From Octopus sinensis (taxonomy: Eukaryota): a stretch of DNA of 64,000 nt. The notes beneath the pieces are model-generated. The model did not search any database. It was not told the origin of the DNA and was given only the letters and a program-made list of their open reading frames with translations. The DNA lies in NCBI RefSeq assembly GCF_006345805.1, contig NC_043005.1, forward strand, positions 109,306,001-109,370,000. The letters run 5' to 3'. Below, one piece after another: positions 1 to 13,244 of the stretch; within the stretch, counting starts at the first letter, position 1; every line of letters begins with the position of its first letter. A program made the position numbers and the translations under genes.

Positions 1-179
1 TCTTGTCGTAATTTCATTTTCTGTTGTACAATTATTGTTTTGGTTATTGTTTTTGTTTTGAGTTCGTCTTTTATCGGAATTGAAATAAACACATTCTCCT
101 CTCCCTTGCATCCCTCGTGGGAGGCCAATAATCTCTATTACACATGTTAGTCATAGTCAACTCTGTTGTCAACTGAAAT

Positions 180-453
180 TTGAGTCGGGAGGTGTGGTGG
201 ATGTGGAGATGTGTATGCCTACACATGTGTGTTTGTGTGTGTGTGTATACATATGTATATGTATGTGTATATGTATATATGTATGTATATATATATATGT
301 ATATATGTATGTATATCTATATATGTATGTATATGTGTATATATATACATATATATGTGTTTATGTATATATATGTATATATATATATCTATATCTGTAT
401 GTATATATACATATATATATGTGTGTGTGTATGTATACATATATGTATGTATA

Positions 454-505
<52 letters not shown>

Positions 506-535
506 GTATGCATATATATGTATGTATATACATAT

Positions 536-602
<67 letters not shown>

Positions 603-760
603 CATTTATGCATACAAATGTGTGCACCACTCATGCATATGTATTTATATATATTTATACAGTTCCAAAATATGCACACATATAGAGATAAAAACATATA
701 CGTATATATTTAAATATATACAAATATATTTATAATGCATTTTACACACACACACACACA
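180..760. repeat. Compound (TG)n/(TA)n/(TATG)n/(ATAG)n microsatellite
   Basis: Directly visible; (ATAG)n run at about 538-600. Explains the YI/CV-repeat ORFs. Confidence 0.95.
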
Positions 761-1159
761 CATACAACCATGCTTGTATATGCACACATTTCACATCAAA
801 GTTAGTCACCAGATCACTTGATGTCAGCTGATGTTTTACATGAGAGGCACACAGCATTAGAGAGAAAGAGAGTGAGAAAGAGAGAGAGAGAGTGAGTGAG
901 AAAGGGAGAGAGTAACAAGGAGTTGGAGAATGAGAGTGTTTTGGGAGAAAAAGAAAAAAGATAGGGATGTATGCTATTATTATTATTATTATTATTTTCT
1001 TTTTAAATTACAAAAAGAAAAACGTTAATAATAAAACAAGCAAGCCCCTCAAAAAAGTTATAGAAAGAGACAAATTGTATAAAACAGAGCGAAACAGAGC
1101 GAACACGATATGTTTCCTTTATCAATATTGACCTCATATATCATCTATTTAAATATCAA

Positions 1160-1200
<41 letters not shown>

Positions 1201-1589
1201 GTATTCCTGTTCTTCTCTAGATTTTATATGCCCTTTCTGTTTTGTGGAGCCATTTTGACATTCTTTAATTCTCAATGATCACTTGAAGAGCAATAAAATA
1301 ACAAACAGCAAACAATATTTTGAATCACTTAAAGCGATTTTACAATTCATTTCAATCATTTGTGTCAGAAGATTTGTTTACTTAATTCACTTTTATTTTA
1401 TTACATATTTTATTTTATTGTTTTATTACATATTTTATTTCAGTTTTGTTTTTCTCGTTTTATTGCATTTTCTTACATTTTGTTTATTTGCTGCACAAAC
1501 TCAATTACACTTAGGATTGCATATTTGAAAAAAAAATATTGAAAAATATCAAAAATTATTGAAAACAATAAAAGCCATAGCAATAATTC

Positions 1590-1622
<33 letters not shown>

Positions 1623-1821
1623 TATAATAATAATAATAATATAATAATAATAATAATAATAATATAATAATAATAATAATGATAATAAATATGATTCTTT
1701 ATTAGCAACAAAGACCCATAAGTGAAATTCACAACAGAGGAGTTACAAAAAATATGGGGCTATCTATATGTATGTATGTATGTATGTATGTTGTATGTAT
1801 GTATGTATGTATGTATGTATG

Positions 1822-1860
<39 letters not shown>

Positions 1861-1919
1861 ATATATATATATATACATATATGTATGTATCTATGTTTGC
1901 CTTGTACATATATATATAT

Positions 1920-1951
<32 letters not shown>

Positions 1952-2072
1952 CATATATGTATGTATCTATGTTTACCTTGTACATATATATATATATATT
2001 GCTAGAAATAAGAGCTAAAAGGCTCCAATGCTGTAGTTAACACACATGAATGAAAAATACTGCCCAAGAATT

Positions 2073-2125
2073 CTTAAGACTGATGCATCAGTTTCTGCAG
2101 TTTCCATTGCCATCATCAGATAAGC
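2073..2125 (-). ncRNA. Degenerate minimal type-I hammerhead ribozyme motif (PLE-type)
   Basis: Minus strand reads GCTTAT-CTGATGA-TGGCA ATGGAAAC TGCA-GAA-ACTGATG CATCAGT-C-TTAAG: intact core, palindromic stem III, GUC site, stem I with one mismatch. Confidence 0.55.
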
Positions 2126-2230
2126 CAGCTCAGTGTTCGGCTATTTCTAGTTTGCTTCTCTGTTAGCATATATGTTCTCATCACCCAAATTAATGGATGA
2201 TTTAGCGATTGACTAATGTACAAAGACAAA

Positions 2231-2352
2231 ATTAATGTAAACAGCAGGTTACAATATTTCACCAAAAAGGAGAATTGTAATTTAACATCCTGGTCATATT
2301 TAGTCACAATTATAATTCTCCTTTTAGTGAATTATAATTGTTTACATTAATA
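2231..2352. mobile_element. Fold-back (inverted repeat) element abutting (TA)n, probable PLE-derived
   Basis: attaatgtaaaca...ttcaccaaaaaggagaattgtaatt is the imperfect reverse complement of aattataattctccttttagtgaa...tgtttacattaat. Confidence 0.55.
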
Positions 2353-2362
2353 ATTATATATA

Positions 2363-2870
<508 letters not shown>

Positions 2871-2904
2871 GGATGCCGGTCCATTGCAGGTGAGCTGCAA
2901 GATG

Positions 2905-3080
2905 CAGGAGGAAAGAGTGAGAGAAAGTTGGGGCAAAAGAGTCAGTAGAAGTTCACCATTACTTTTTACCGGAGCCGCGTGGAGCTTAGGTGTTTCGCTT
3001 ATAAATACACACATCGCCCAGTCTGAGATTCAAACCCGTGATCCCTCAACTGGGAGTCCGCTGCTCTAACCACTAGGCTA
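2905..3080 (-). mobile_element. tRNA-headed SINE family B, partial
   Basis: Similar to 53720-54108; minus strand has tagcctagtggttagagcagcggactcc...gggtttgaatc (A/B boxes). Confidence 0.75.
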
Positions 3081-3115
<35 letters not shown>

Positions 3116-4227
3116 GTGTGTGTGTGCTTGTGCATGTTGTGAAAAGTCGCACATTCTCAGGCTGTCAATTTCCCAATATTCAATAGTCATGTTACATATT
3201 TTTAAGCGTTACTAATATTTTCATTACCGTTGTTAATATTATTTATTATTGTCTCAAAAAATAAAAACAACATCATCAACATTATTATCATCAGAGATAG
3301 CAGCAGCAGCAGCGGCAGCAGCAGCTGTAGTAGAAGTAGTAGTAGTAGTCATGACGTGTTCTCAATTTCTGTACTTCAACTTCTTTTCCATTCTAGTAGA
3401 ACATAATTATGGTTAAACTTCAAGAAGAATCAACTCAACTACACAACAAACCACCCGATCAACCAGCCAACAAGCCAGCCAACCAGCCAGCCAGCCAGCC
3501 AACCCACCAAATAACCGACCCACTGAACACCAAGCCACCATCCACCCCCGTCACTCATCCACCCATGTACTGTTGTTGCACTGCATTAGATTGGAGTGTT
3601 TGTAGAAATAGCCTTGTTCAAGCACAGACAATATTGGAGTGGCAGACAGGCAGAAAGGCAGACAGGAAGGACCAGGTGGGGGTGGGGGTGCGGTGCTTGG
3701 TGCATGGGGGTGCGGATGAGGTGGGGGTGGGGGTGGAGGAGAGAGACAGAGAGAGAGAGGGGGAGGCATCGGCGTAGGACAAGGAGGATGTGAAGGAAAA
3801 GAATCGAGCAAGTTCCGTTTCTTGCAGAAGTGGATTCAGGCAAAGCGATGGGTGGGTGGTGTAGTGGGGGTGGGGTGGGGGGTGGGGGATTGATTCAACA
3901 GCAAAACATACAGTATAGGAATCAATAATAACAATGACGATGATGATGATGACGATGATGACGATGACAACGAAGGGGATGATGAGGATGATGACAAAGA
4001 TGATTATGATGATGATGATGAAAATTCTCAAAAAAAAACTAAAACAAAAACTATATCAATATAAATAACAAACTGTTGTGCTTTTCGTAAGCAGGAGAGT
4101 TACTATCGGTGGAGTACTTTTTACTTTTATATTGATTTTTGTTTATTTATTTATACTTAATTTGTATATGTATATGTAAATACATACATATACATATATG
4201 TACATACATTCAGTCACATATATATGT

Positions 4228-4317
<90 letters not shown>

Positions 4318-4322
4318 ATATA

Positions 4323-4356
<34 letters not shown>

Positions 4357-4959
4357 CGTACATGTTATTTTCGTTCTGTTTCATCATGGGATTTCTTTTA
4401 AACATAGTTTGTTATGTTCATAGAAACCAGAAACTTAATTGTTCTTCCACAGAAGCATTAAATATAATTAACAAAAATAAAGGAACAATAAAATATTCTA
4501 CCATAACAAAATAGAAAAAACAACAACAAAAATACAACTAAAAGAATGAGAAGCACTAAGAAAAAAAATAAGCATAAAATTTCGTACAAATACCAAAAGA
4601 TCCAAAAGCAAATTTGATGCCAATTTGATGGCAGCCATTTTGGATTTTCTTCCCAGAAATGTATGTGTGTATGAGTATGCACACATACATGTATATGTAT
4701 TTGTGCTTATGTATGTATGTGTCTGTGAATGTACGTATATATTGTATATATGTGTGCTTGTGTGGGTGTTGGTGTGTATCTTCATGTGAGTGTATATGTA
4801 TTTTTGTGTTTGTGTGTGTGTATATATATATACATACATATATATATATACATATATATATATACATATATGTATATATATATACATATATGTATATATA
4901 TATATACATATATGTATATATGTATATATATATATATACATACATATATACATATAAAC

Positions 4960-4990
<31 letters not shown>

Positions 4991-5137
4991 ATATGTATAT
5001 GTAAATGTGTGTGTGTGTGTATGTATATATATATGAACACATACATACACAACTTTTTTAATCATATTTCATGCTATTTTATGTTTTTTGATTGTTTTTA
5101 CCAATTTCCAATATATTTTTCTCCACGAAAGAAAATT

Positions 5138-5253
5138 TTATAATAACAATAATAATAATAATATTAATAATAATAATAATAATAGTAATAATAGTAATAA
5201 TAATAATAATAATAATAACAATAATAATAATAGTAATAATAATAATAATAATG

Positions 5254-5329
<76 letters not shown>

Positions 5330-5330
5330 T
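5138..5330. repeat. (AAT)n microsatellite
   Basis: Directly visible; similar tracts at 1585-1690 and 41497-41740. Confidence 0.95.
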
Positions 5331-6472
5331 AAAGATAAGAATAACAAAACTAAAACTGAAGTAAGAAGTAGTGGAGGGAATTCAGACAAGAAAACTTCGT
5401 AAAAGAGAAAAGGACACCAAATAGATGCCACATAAAACAAAAGGGGAGAAAAAAACCCAAAAAATCACCAAATAGAAAAGTAAGCAAATATTAAGAACAA
5501 AAACAGCATCATTGGAGTATGAAGAACAGAAACAATAACAACACACACACACACAAAAAAAAAACATTGTAAACAACAATAACAATACAGAACAATACAC
5601 AAACAAACAAGAAAACATTTTTGACTTCTGCACTTCATCAATCATCCAGAGAAAAATGGTATTGAATAACTACAGAGAAATATCAACAGATGTAGAATCC
5701 CAAATATAACACCACTCCTATATATATAACCCATATATATATGTATGTATGTATGTATGTATATATATATGTATATAGGTTTTATTTTTATATATAATTA
5801 TATGCATACCATACATATATGTATACACACACACCACAAACACATACACACACATTAATATATGCCTATACATACAATACATGCATGTACATATATTTGT
5901 GTGTGTATGTACAAATATATATATATACACACACACACATATAAATATAAATATATACATATATATATACATACACACACACACACACATATATATATGT
6001 CCATATAGATAGATAGATAGATAGGTATAGATATAGATATGTGTGTGTGTATGCAGTATGTGAATATATGTATATATATGTATGTGTATGTGTACTTGTG
6101 TGTGTGTGTGTGTGCATGTAAGTATGTACATATACATGCATGCATGTATACAATTATATATTTTCTTATATTTTCTTACTTTCTGATTTCAGTCATTGAA
6201 CTGCAGCTAAGTTGGGACCCTGCTTTGAAAGGTTTAGTTGATCAAGTCAGCCCCAATGCTTATTTCTTGAGTGTGGTCCCTACTCAATTCATTTCTTTTT
6301 TCCAAACTGCTATTTTACAGGCATGTAAACCAATGTATACAGGTTGTCATATTGTGAGAGTCAAACATAATCACAGAGAAAAACACGCAAATATACTTGC
6401 ATAGATACGTATGTATGTATATATGTATGTATGTATGCATGCAGTGTGTGTATGCATACGTGCATGTACTTA

Positions 6473-6760
6473 TCATCATCATCATCATAACCAACATCAT
6501 TTAACATCTCTTTTCCATGCTTGCATGCATTGGATGGTTTGACAGGGGCTAGCCAGCTGAGAAGCAGTCCAAACTCCAGTTGTGTGTTTTGGCATGGTTT
6601 CTACAGCTGGATGCCCTTTCTAATACCAACCACTTTACAGAGGGTGCAGGTGCTTTTTACATGCCACCGGCATTGGTATGCTTACGCAGCACTGACACAA
6701 GTGCATTTTACAATGCACTGGCCGCTGCAAGGCAAAGACCGCTCAGCTAGGAGAAGGAAA
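6473..6760 (-). mobile_element. RTE family R 3' end, diverged
   Basis: (CAT)n tail then tttccatgc...ttctacagctggatgccc...aaccact. Confidence 0.75.
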
Positions 6761-6798
6761 TAGGGCATGGTCATACACATACACACACACACATATAT

Positions 6799-7024
6799 AT
6801 TTCTTTACTACCCACAAGGGGCTAAACACAGACGGGACAAACAAGGACAGACTAACTGATTAAGTCGATTATATCGACCCCAGTGTGTAACTGGTACTTA
6901 ATTTATCGACCCTGAAAGGATGAAAGGCAAAGTCGACCTCGGCGGAATTTGAACTCGGAACGTGACGACAGACAAAATACAGCTACGCATTTCGCCCAGC
7001 GTGCTAACATTTCTGCCAGCTTGC
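6799..7024 (-). mobile_element. tRNA-headed SINE family M (central gtcgactttgcctttcatcctttcggggtcgat domain)
   Basis: Minus strand gctggcagaaatgttagcacgctgggcgaaatgc...gagttcaaattccgccgagg; central domain resembles the Meta/Sauria-SINE-type conserved domain (recalled, unverified). Confidence 0.85.
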
Positions 7025-7052
7025 ATACATACATACATACAAATAAGTATAT

Positions 7053-7114
<62 letters not shown>

Positions 7115-7145
7115 CTGTATATATACATGTATATATATATATATA

Positions 7146-7406
7146 TTACTCAAAGGAATTCCAACTCTGATTTTTATGTTTTATTTATAGTCTTATAATA
7201 TTAATATAGGTTATAGAATATAGAATATATATTAAGAAAGAAATGAAATGAAGTATTGATTGTCTTATTGAACAAATGAAATATTGAAAATTAAATATTA
7301 AATGTCTATTCTCATTGAACTAGTAAACTTCCTTGCATTTAAGCATTCATCAGGTTCAGATTGTGACAGGAATGCTTCGACAGAGTTGGAATTCCTTTGA
7401 GTAATA
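7146..7406. mobile_element. PLE-type fold-back element with degenerate hammerhead (7316-7358, minus)
   Basis: 26-bp inverted repeat tattactcaaaggaattccaactctg / cagagttggaattcctttgagtaata; minus strand TGAAC-CTGATGA-ATGC TTAAAT GCAA-GGAAG TTTA CTA-GTTCA. Confidence 0.6.
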
Positions 7407-7437
7407 TATTCTTCTATACACAATCATACAAACCCCT

Positions 7438-7491
<54 letters not shown>

Positions 7492-7493
7492 AA

Positions 7494-7790
7494 AGAGGAG
7501 ATTGGAAAAATATTTGGTATTATTTATTCCCCATTACACATGTTTCGTTTACTAATAGGAGTTATCAAACTGTACTTGTAGTGGAAACAGGTATGATATT
7601 TCCTATTAGATATTCTTGAGACAGAGAATCAAATAAATAAATAAAATGTTTTTATTCTCTGTCAGAAGAATTTCTAATAAGAGATATCTTACTTGTTTCC
7701 ACTCCAAGTAAGATAATTTTGTAACTCCAATAAGCAAATGAATCATGTGTAATGGTGAATAAATAATACTAAAACATTTCTCTATCTCCT
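7494..7790. mobile_element. Degenerate fold-back element, about 140-bp arms, after (TA)n
   Basis: 7494-7630 is the reverse complement of about 7655-7790 (e.g. gtggaaacaggta / tacttgtttccac). Confidence 0.65.
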
Positions 7791-7794
7791 GTTT

Positions 7795-8280
7795 TATTAG
7801 GTTGTCAAGAAAGTTCTTGTGGAATTTTTAATTTTGGTTTTAAATGATGTATTTTCAAATTAATTTTCATTAAATTACTTTGACTTTTTATATAATTTTA
7901 AATTCTGTTTTTCACTCTGTCTAATCGTGTTACTCTTTTTGAATAATTAGACCATTTTTTCTAGAATGTTGAATACAGCATGGACAAAAAGCAAATTCGC
8001 ACAATTTTCTTATTCCAGTTCAAGCTAGGTCAAAAAGCTGCTGATTCAGTTCATAATATCAACGATGCATTTGGCCCAGGAACCACTAATGAACGTACAG
8101 GACCATGGTGGTTCATGAAATTTCGTAGAGGTGACGAGAGTCTTGAAGACGATAAGCATAGTGGTCAGCCATCAGATGCTGACAAGGATCAACTAAGAGC
8201 CTTAGAAGCCAATCCACGCACAACTGTTCGAGAGCTTGCTTCTGAATTAGACATAATGTTTACGACAATTTCCAACCATT
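7795..8280 (+). mobile_element. Hsmar1-like (cecropia-type) mariner, 3'-truncated
   Basis: TA + TIR-like ttaggttgtcaagaaagttcttg at 7797; ORF 7980 MDKKQIRTIFLFQFKLG...NINDAFGPGTTNERT..WWF.KF..GDESLED..SG.PS matches the mariner paired/HTH domain; similarity ends about 8280; no DDD domain or second TIR seen. Confidence 0.9.
7980..8280 (+). pseudogene. Mariner transposase N-terminal DNA-binding domain remnant
   Basis: Translation from the ORF track; roughly two-thirds identical to the Hsmar1/SETMAR transposase N-terminus as recalled from memory. Confidence 0.85.
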
Positions 8281-8787
8281 TTGTTCTATGCAAGCTCTGT
8301 CCATTTAGGTCCACTTGTAAGGAATCTGGTTTGGGTTGACAGAGAACTTGAAAAATGACATTTGCTAATGATATTCTAGAATTGTAGTGGGCTTGAACCA
8401 CTGTCTCATGCCTGAGAAGAGAACTTCTTGTACATTTAGCTATACTACAATCCCAAATATTGATATATATATATATATATATATTCATATGTGCATGTGT
8501 GCATGCATGCACAGGCACACACACACAAGCACATTCATTCACTCAGTCTCATATCATAAATCAAAAAAAGTTTGTAATTCATGAAAATATCTGATTGATC
8601 AGTATTTCACATGTGTATGGAACTCCCAACAATTTTGAAGTGACTCATCGACAATTGACTTAAATGTGTATTTATATGTATATGTGTGTGGTGTGTGTGT
8701 GTAAGTGTATATATTCATACACACATATATTTATATGTACATATCTATCTGTCTAGCTAGCTATATATGTATGTGTAAGAATGAGTG

Positions 8788-8828
<41 letters not shown>

Positions 8829-8856
8829 CACACAGATGCACACTTATATATATATG

Positions 8857-8904
<48 letters not shown>

Positions 8905-9539
8905 TATATATACACACATATATACATACATACATTACATTACAGCTTTCTATAATGATCGTATGAACAACATATGTTACATAACATATAACATTTTATG
9001 TAAGTCTGTCCTTTGCAGGAGTTATGTAACTTGTTTTGCTTCTATGATTGTTACGATATGTGCATGTGTGTGTATGTATATATATATAGATAGATAGATA
9101 TGTGTACATACATCGCCTTATTTTCCTGTCTCTCTTCCTTTCTGTTTTTCTCTCCCTTTCTCTCTTCCTCTTTCTCACTTTCTTTCTCTCTCACTTTTCT
9201 GTTTATATCTCTTACTTTCCAGTCCTCTACTTCATAATGTTTCATTTCCCACATACCGCTTCTCCACTCCATCTCTCATCTCCCCTTTTTATATACAACT
9301 CTCTTTTATTCTATCTCTCTCTCTCTAACATCTCACCATATTTATCTGCTTTGCTTACAATCCGTGAAATTTACATTACCACTTTGTATAACCACACCCC
9401 TGACTGTCCAGCCCTATCAATAGAATGGTCAAAGGCAAATTGAATTAGTCATCTACAGACAGTTGTTCCCATTCCGTCTCCTCTCCTCAGCCACATCTCC
9501 ATGTTCCCTTCTTTGTCACGACTATTTACTAACCTTTGT

Positions 9540-9710
9540 AGTTGTATCCTTCCTCTCTGTTGTTAAAGCTACACAAGTTTGACTAACAGATGGTTAACTT
9601 CATGGTATTCAGTTTAAGCATTTCTGACATGGAATATGGTATTGTATGTTTTGCCAGATTAACCATACTCTCAGCACTATCTCTCACCCGTGCATCAATG
9701 ATAATGATAA
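9540..9710 (-). pseudogene. Possible highly degraded mariner transposase fragment
   Basis: Minus frame IIIDARVRDSAESMVNLAKHTIPYSMSEMLKLNTMKLT loosely resembles the mariner DRRITV.EIAE...WVP region. Confidence 0.3.
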
Positions 9711-9994
9711 ATGGGTCAGACTAAACTCCCAAACTGAGCCCAACCAATTTGCCTAGAATGAGAGAGTAATATTTCAAATGCAGTATAGCCGTGGAAAGAG
9801 CAGAAAGATTGGGTATTTTACGCTTGTATGATGGAAAATGTTGCCAGGCATGTGATGATGTTTTCTGTCATATAAGGGTAAAATATTCAATCTTTCTTTT
9901 GTTCCCATAGTTATACCACAGGCAAAATATTACTCTTTTGTCTGTATTATATGATACGCATTTGATGCTTCCAAAAACAAACAAAGTGATTCAG

Positions 9995-10408
9995 CGTCAC
10001 CTTACTGGCTCTTGTGACCATGCTAGTAGGGTGCCAAGAGCACTGTCCGAGCGTGATCGTTGCCTGAGCAGCCAACTGGCTCCGTGCCGGTGGCACGTAA
10101 AAGGCCACAATTCAAGCGTGATCGGTAACATCATCGCCTTACTGGCACCTGTGCCGGTGGCATGTATAAAAAGATTCGAGCGAAGTCATTGCCAGTACTG
10201 CCTGACTGGCCCCGTGCCAGTGGCATGTAAAAAGCAGCCACTACACTCTCGGAGTGGTTGGCATTAGGAAAGGCATCCAGCTGTAGAAAATCTGCCAAAT
10301 CAAGATTGGAGCCTGGTGCGGCCGTCTGGTTGGCCAGCCCTCAGTCAAAATCGTCCAACCCATGCTAGCATGGAAGGCGGACGTTAAACGATGATGATGA
10401 TGATGATG
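9995..10408 (+). mobile_element. RTE family R 3' UTR (tandem units + terminal block + (GAT)n)
   Basis: Units gtgccggtggcacgtaaaa; terminal ccaacccatgctagcatggaaggcggacgttaaacgatgatgatg. Confidence 0.9.
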
Positions 10409-10477
10409 TTGTTGTTACATAGCTATTCTAATTTATACTCCTCTCTTTCTAGATAAACCAGAGTCCAGTTTAACTGT

Positions 10478-10701
10478 TAATCCTTTAGCATTTAAACTGG
10501 CTATATGCCAGCCAGAATATTATAACTCTTTTATGCTCAAAACTGGCCAGATTTAGCCTCTCACATCAATCTTAAAATATCATTAAAAAAATTAACAGTT
10601 AGCTCATCAAAATCTGAAAGCTACAAAATAATGCCTTGCTAATTCAAAACAATGTGAATAAATAAACTTTTGACAAGATAATTTGAATACTAAAGGGTTA
10701 A
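10478..10701 (+). mobile_element. piggyBac-type MITE family 2
   Basis: ttaatcctttagcattt ... aatactaaagggttaa ends with TTAA; related copies at 34395-34474, 34745-34973, 51050-51187 (minus). Confidence 0.75.
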
Positions 10702-10880
10702 GCAAATATAAGAGCATGCTTAAGGTTGGTAACAGGAAGAGCATTATCATTGTTAACATCCGCCTTCCATGCTGGCATGGGTTGGATGGTTCGACAGGAG
10801 CTGGTCAGGTAGGAGCCTGCAGCAGACTTCTGTGTCTATTTTGGCAGGGTTTTTATGGCTGGATCCTCTTCCTAATACCT

Positions 10881-11102
10881 ATTTCTTTACTACCCACAAG
10901 GGGCTAAACACAGAGAGGACAAACAAGGGTAGACAAACGGATTAAGTTGATTATATCGACCCCAGTGCATAACTGGTACTTATTTAATCGACCCCAAAAG
11001 GATGAAAGGCAAAGTCGACCTCGGTAGAATTTGAACTCAGAACGTAGCAGCAGACGAAATACTGCTACGCAATTCGTCCAGCGTGCTAACGATTCTGCCA
11101 GC
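10881..11102 (-). mobile_element. SINE family M
   Basis: Near full-length match to 6799-7024. Confidence 0.85.
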
Positions 11103-11496
11103 GCAACCACCTTAAAATACCATCCACCTAATACTGCCTTGAAATACCGACCACCCAGCAGAGCAGACAGTGTTTTTTACGTGGCATAAGCACAAGCACA
11201 AACAAAGTCAGTTTGGGCATGGTTTATACAGCAGGATGCCCTTCCAAATGCCAACCACTTTACAGTATGGACTGGATGCATTTTATATGGCAACAGCATC
11301 CATTCATAAAATCCTACATCAAATAAATTTCCACCCAACCCATGTTATCATGAATAACAGAATATTAAATGAATGAATGAAGAAGCTACAACAGCTACCG
11401 TTTATCTCCTTTAGCACCTTTATCTACCACATCTATATCTACCTTCTGCATTTTCCATCTCTTCTACAGTTCTAACCACAAGTTCCTGCATGCAAC

Positions 11497-11860
11497 ATCA
11501 TCATCATCATCATCATCATCATTGTTTAACGTCTGCTTTCCTTGGTAGCATGGGTTGGACATATGACTGAGGGCTGGCGAACCAGATGGCTGCACTAGGC
11601 TTCAATCTTGATCTGGCAGAGTTTCTACAGCTGGATGCCCTTCCTAATGCCAACCACTCCAAGAGTGTAGTGGGTGCTTTTACGTGCCAGTCAGGCAGCA
11701 CTGGCAATGACCTCGCTCGAATCTTTTACACATGCCACCAGCACAGGTGCCAGTGAGGCGATGCTGGTAACGATCATGCTCAAATGGTGTCTTTTACGTG
11801 CCACCAGCACAGAGGCCAGATAGCCGCTCTGGCGATGATCATGCTCGGATGGTGCTCTTA
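11497..11860 (-). mobile_element. RTE family R 3' UTR
   Basis: (CAT)n, gtttaacgtc..., ttctacagctggatgcccttcctaatgccaaccact, then tandem units. Confidence 0.85.
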
Positions 11861-12175
11861 CAACAGTTTGTCCAAAATTTTGTCCTGAAAATTAAGACTT
11901 TCTTGGAAATATTCTCTGTCTTTGCTTTCCCTGAAAATACTGACCACGAGAATTTTGAACTTGGTATCAACTAACTTTAACATAATGAGAGGATCTTCAA
12001 AAATTCTGGGTGCTTAGCTCAATTCCATGGACTAAAATGTAAAACAAAACTATTGACAACAGTTTCAACTTTGCAGAAAACCATTTTATTTGGTATTCTT
12101 ATCCTGATTTGAGAAAGTTTTATGGACTCATAAGTTAAGAAATTAAATATTTACTTCAGCATAAATTAAAAGGTT

Positions 12176-12556
12176 GGCATTAGACATGGTTTTGTGGGAA
12201 GAATTTTGCTACCTAACAACAGATCTCAGATTCAGCCAAATTGTGTGGCACTTTTGACAAGTGTCTTCTATGATAACCTTGGACTGAGCAAAGATTTGTG
12301 AGAGGAGTAAGTATAGAGAAGCTGAAAGAATGTCATTGTGTGTGTGTATGTGTGTGTGTGTGTGCGCTTATCCTGACCAAACTGCTTGACAAAGTGTTGA
12401 TCTATTTACAAAAGCAGAACTTATCAGTTTGACAAAAGTGACCAATAGAATAGAAAGACAACTATTCAGGTCAATTTGTTCCACTAACACATTGGACTGC
12501 AGTCCCAGTATGGCTGCAATCCAATGATAGAAAACAAGTATAAGATGAAGGATAAA
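12176..12556 (+). mobile_element. SINE family A, diverged
   Basis: gtggcacttttgacaagtgtcttcta, internal (TG)n, 3' ccagtatggctgcaatccaatgatagaaaac. Confidence 0.7.
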
Positions 12557-12567
12557 ATGTGTGTGTG

Positions 12568-12604
<37 letters not shown>

Positions 12605-12609
<5 letters not shown>

Positions 12610-12905
12610 TAAATATGTAAACAAGTTAATTCAGTATGAATTAGGAAATGATGGCAAGTGAAATTATGTCAATAGAATTATAAGTCTTCACCATATATTG
12701 ACCATAGAAAATAGACTAAAATTAGGATATATAAACATCCATAATGGACATTTTCCCCATTAGTGGGGTTTATATGTCCTAATATCAAACTATTTTCTAT
12801 AGTCAATATACAGCGAAGGCTTATAATTCTATTTACAAAATATCACTGACCACCCTTTCCTGAGTCATGCAGAATTCACATGTTTATATATTTATCAATA
12901 CATAT
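12605..12905. mobile_element. Degenerate fold-back element after (TA)n
   Basis: 12605-12735 is the reverse complement of about 12770-12905 (aatagaattataagtcttc / gaaggcttataattctatt). Confidence 0.65.
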
Positions 12906-12914
12906 ATTAAATAC

Positions 12915-13045
12915 AGGGTACCCCCTACTTTTGCTAACCTTGTTATGGGATTCTTAGAAGTCCAAATATAAGAGCACACTCCACTATAATTTGGGGACAA
13001 CTTCCGAAAATACTCACCAACTGGAAATGCTGTTTCATTCTGTGG
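12915..13045 (+). pseudogene. Penelope-like element reverse transcriptase remnant
   Basis: Reads PPTFANLVMGFLEVQI*EHTPL*FGDNFRKY, then a frameshift to NWK-CCFILW. Matches the PLE RT pattern APxYANLxMGxxE...NWKRYLDDCFILW with RYLDD deleted. Confidence 0.7.
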
Positions 13046-13061
13046 TTGCATAACCTTGTAG

Positions 13062-13209
13062 GCACAGGAGTGACTGTGTGGTAGGTAGCTTGCTTACTAA
13101 CCACATGGTTATGGGTTCAGTTCCACTGTGTGGCACCTTGGGTAAGTGTCTTCTACTATAGCCTCAGGCCAACCAAAGCCTTGTGAATGGATTTGGTAGA
13201 CGGAAACTG
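13062..13209 (+). mobile_element. SINE family A 5' half
   Basis: ggagtgactgtgtggtaggtagc...gtggcaccttgggtaagtgtc...ggtagacggaaactg. Confidence 0.85.
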
Positions 13210-13244
13210 TCCGTGAGATCTGAAGAGAAATTTAATGCTATTTA

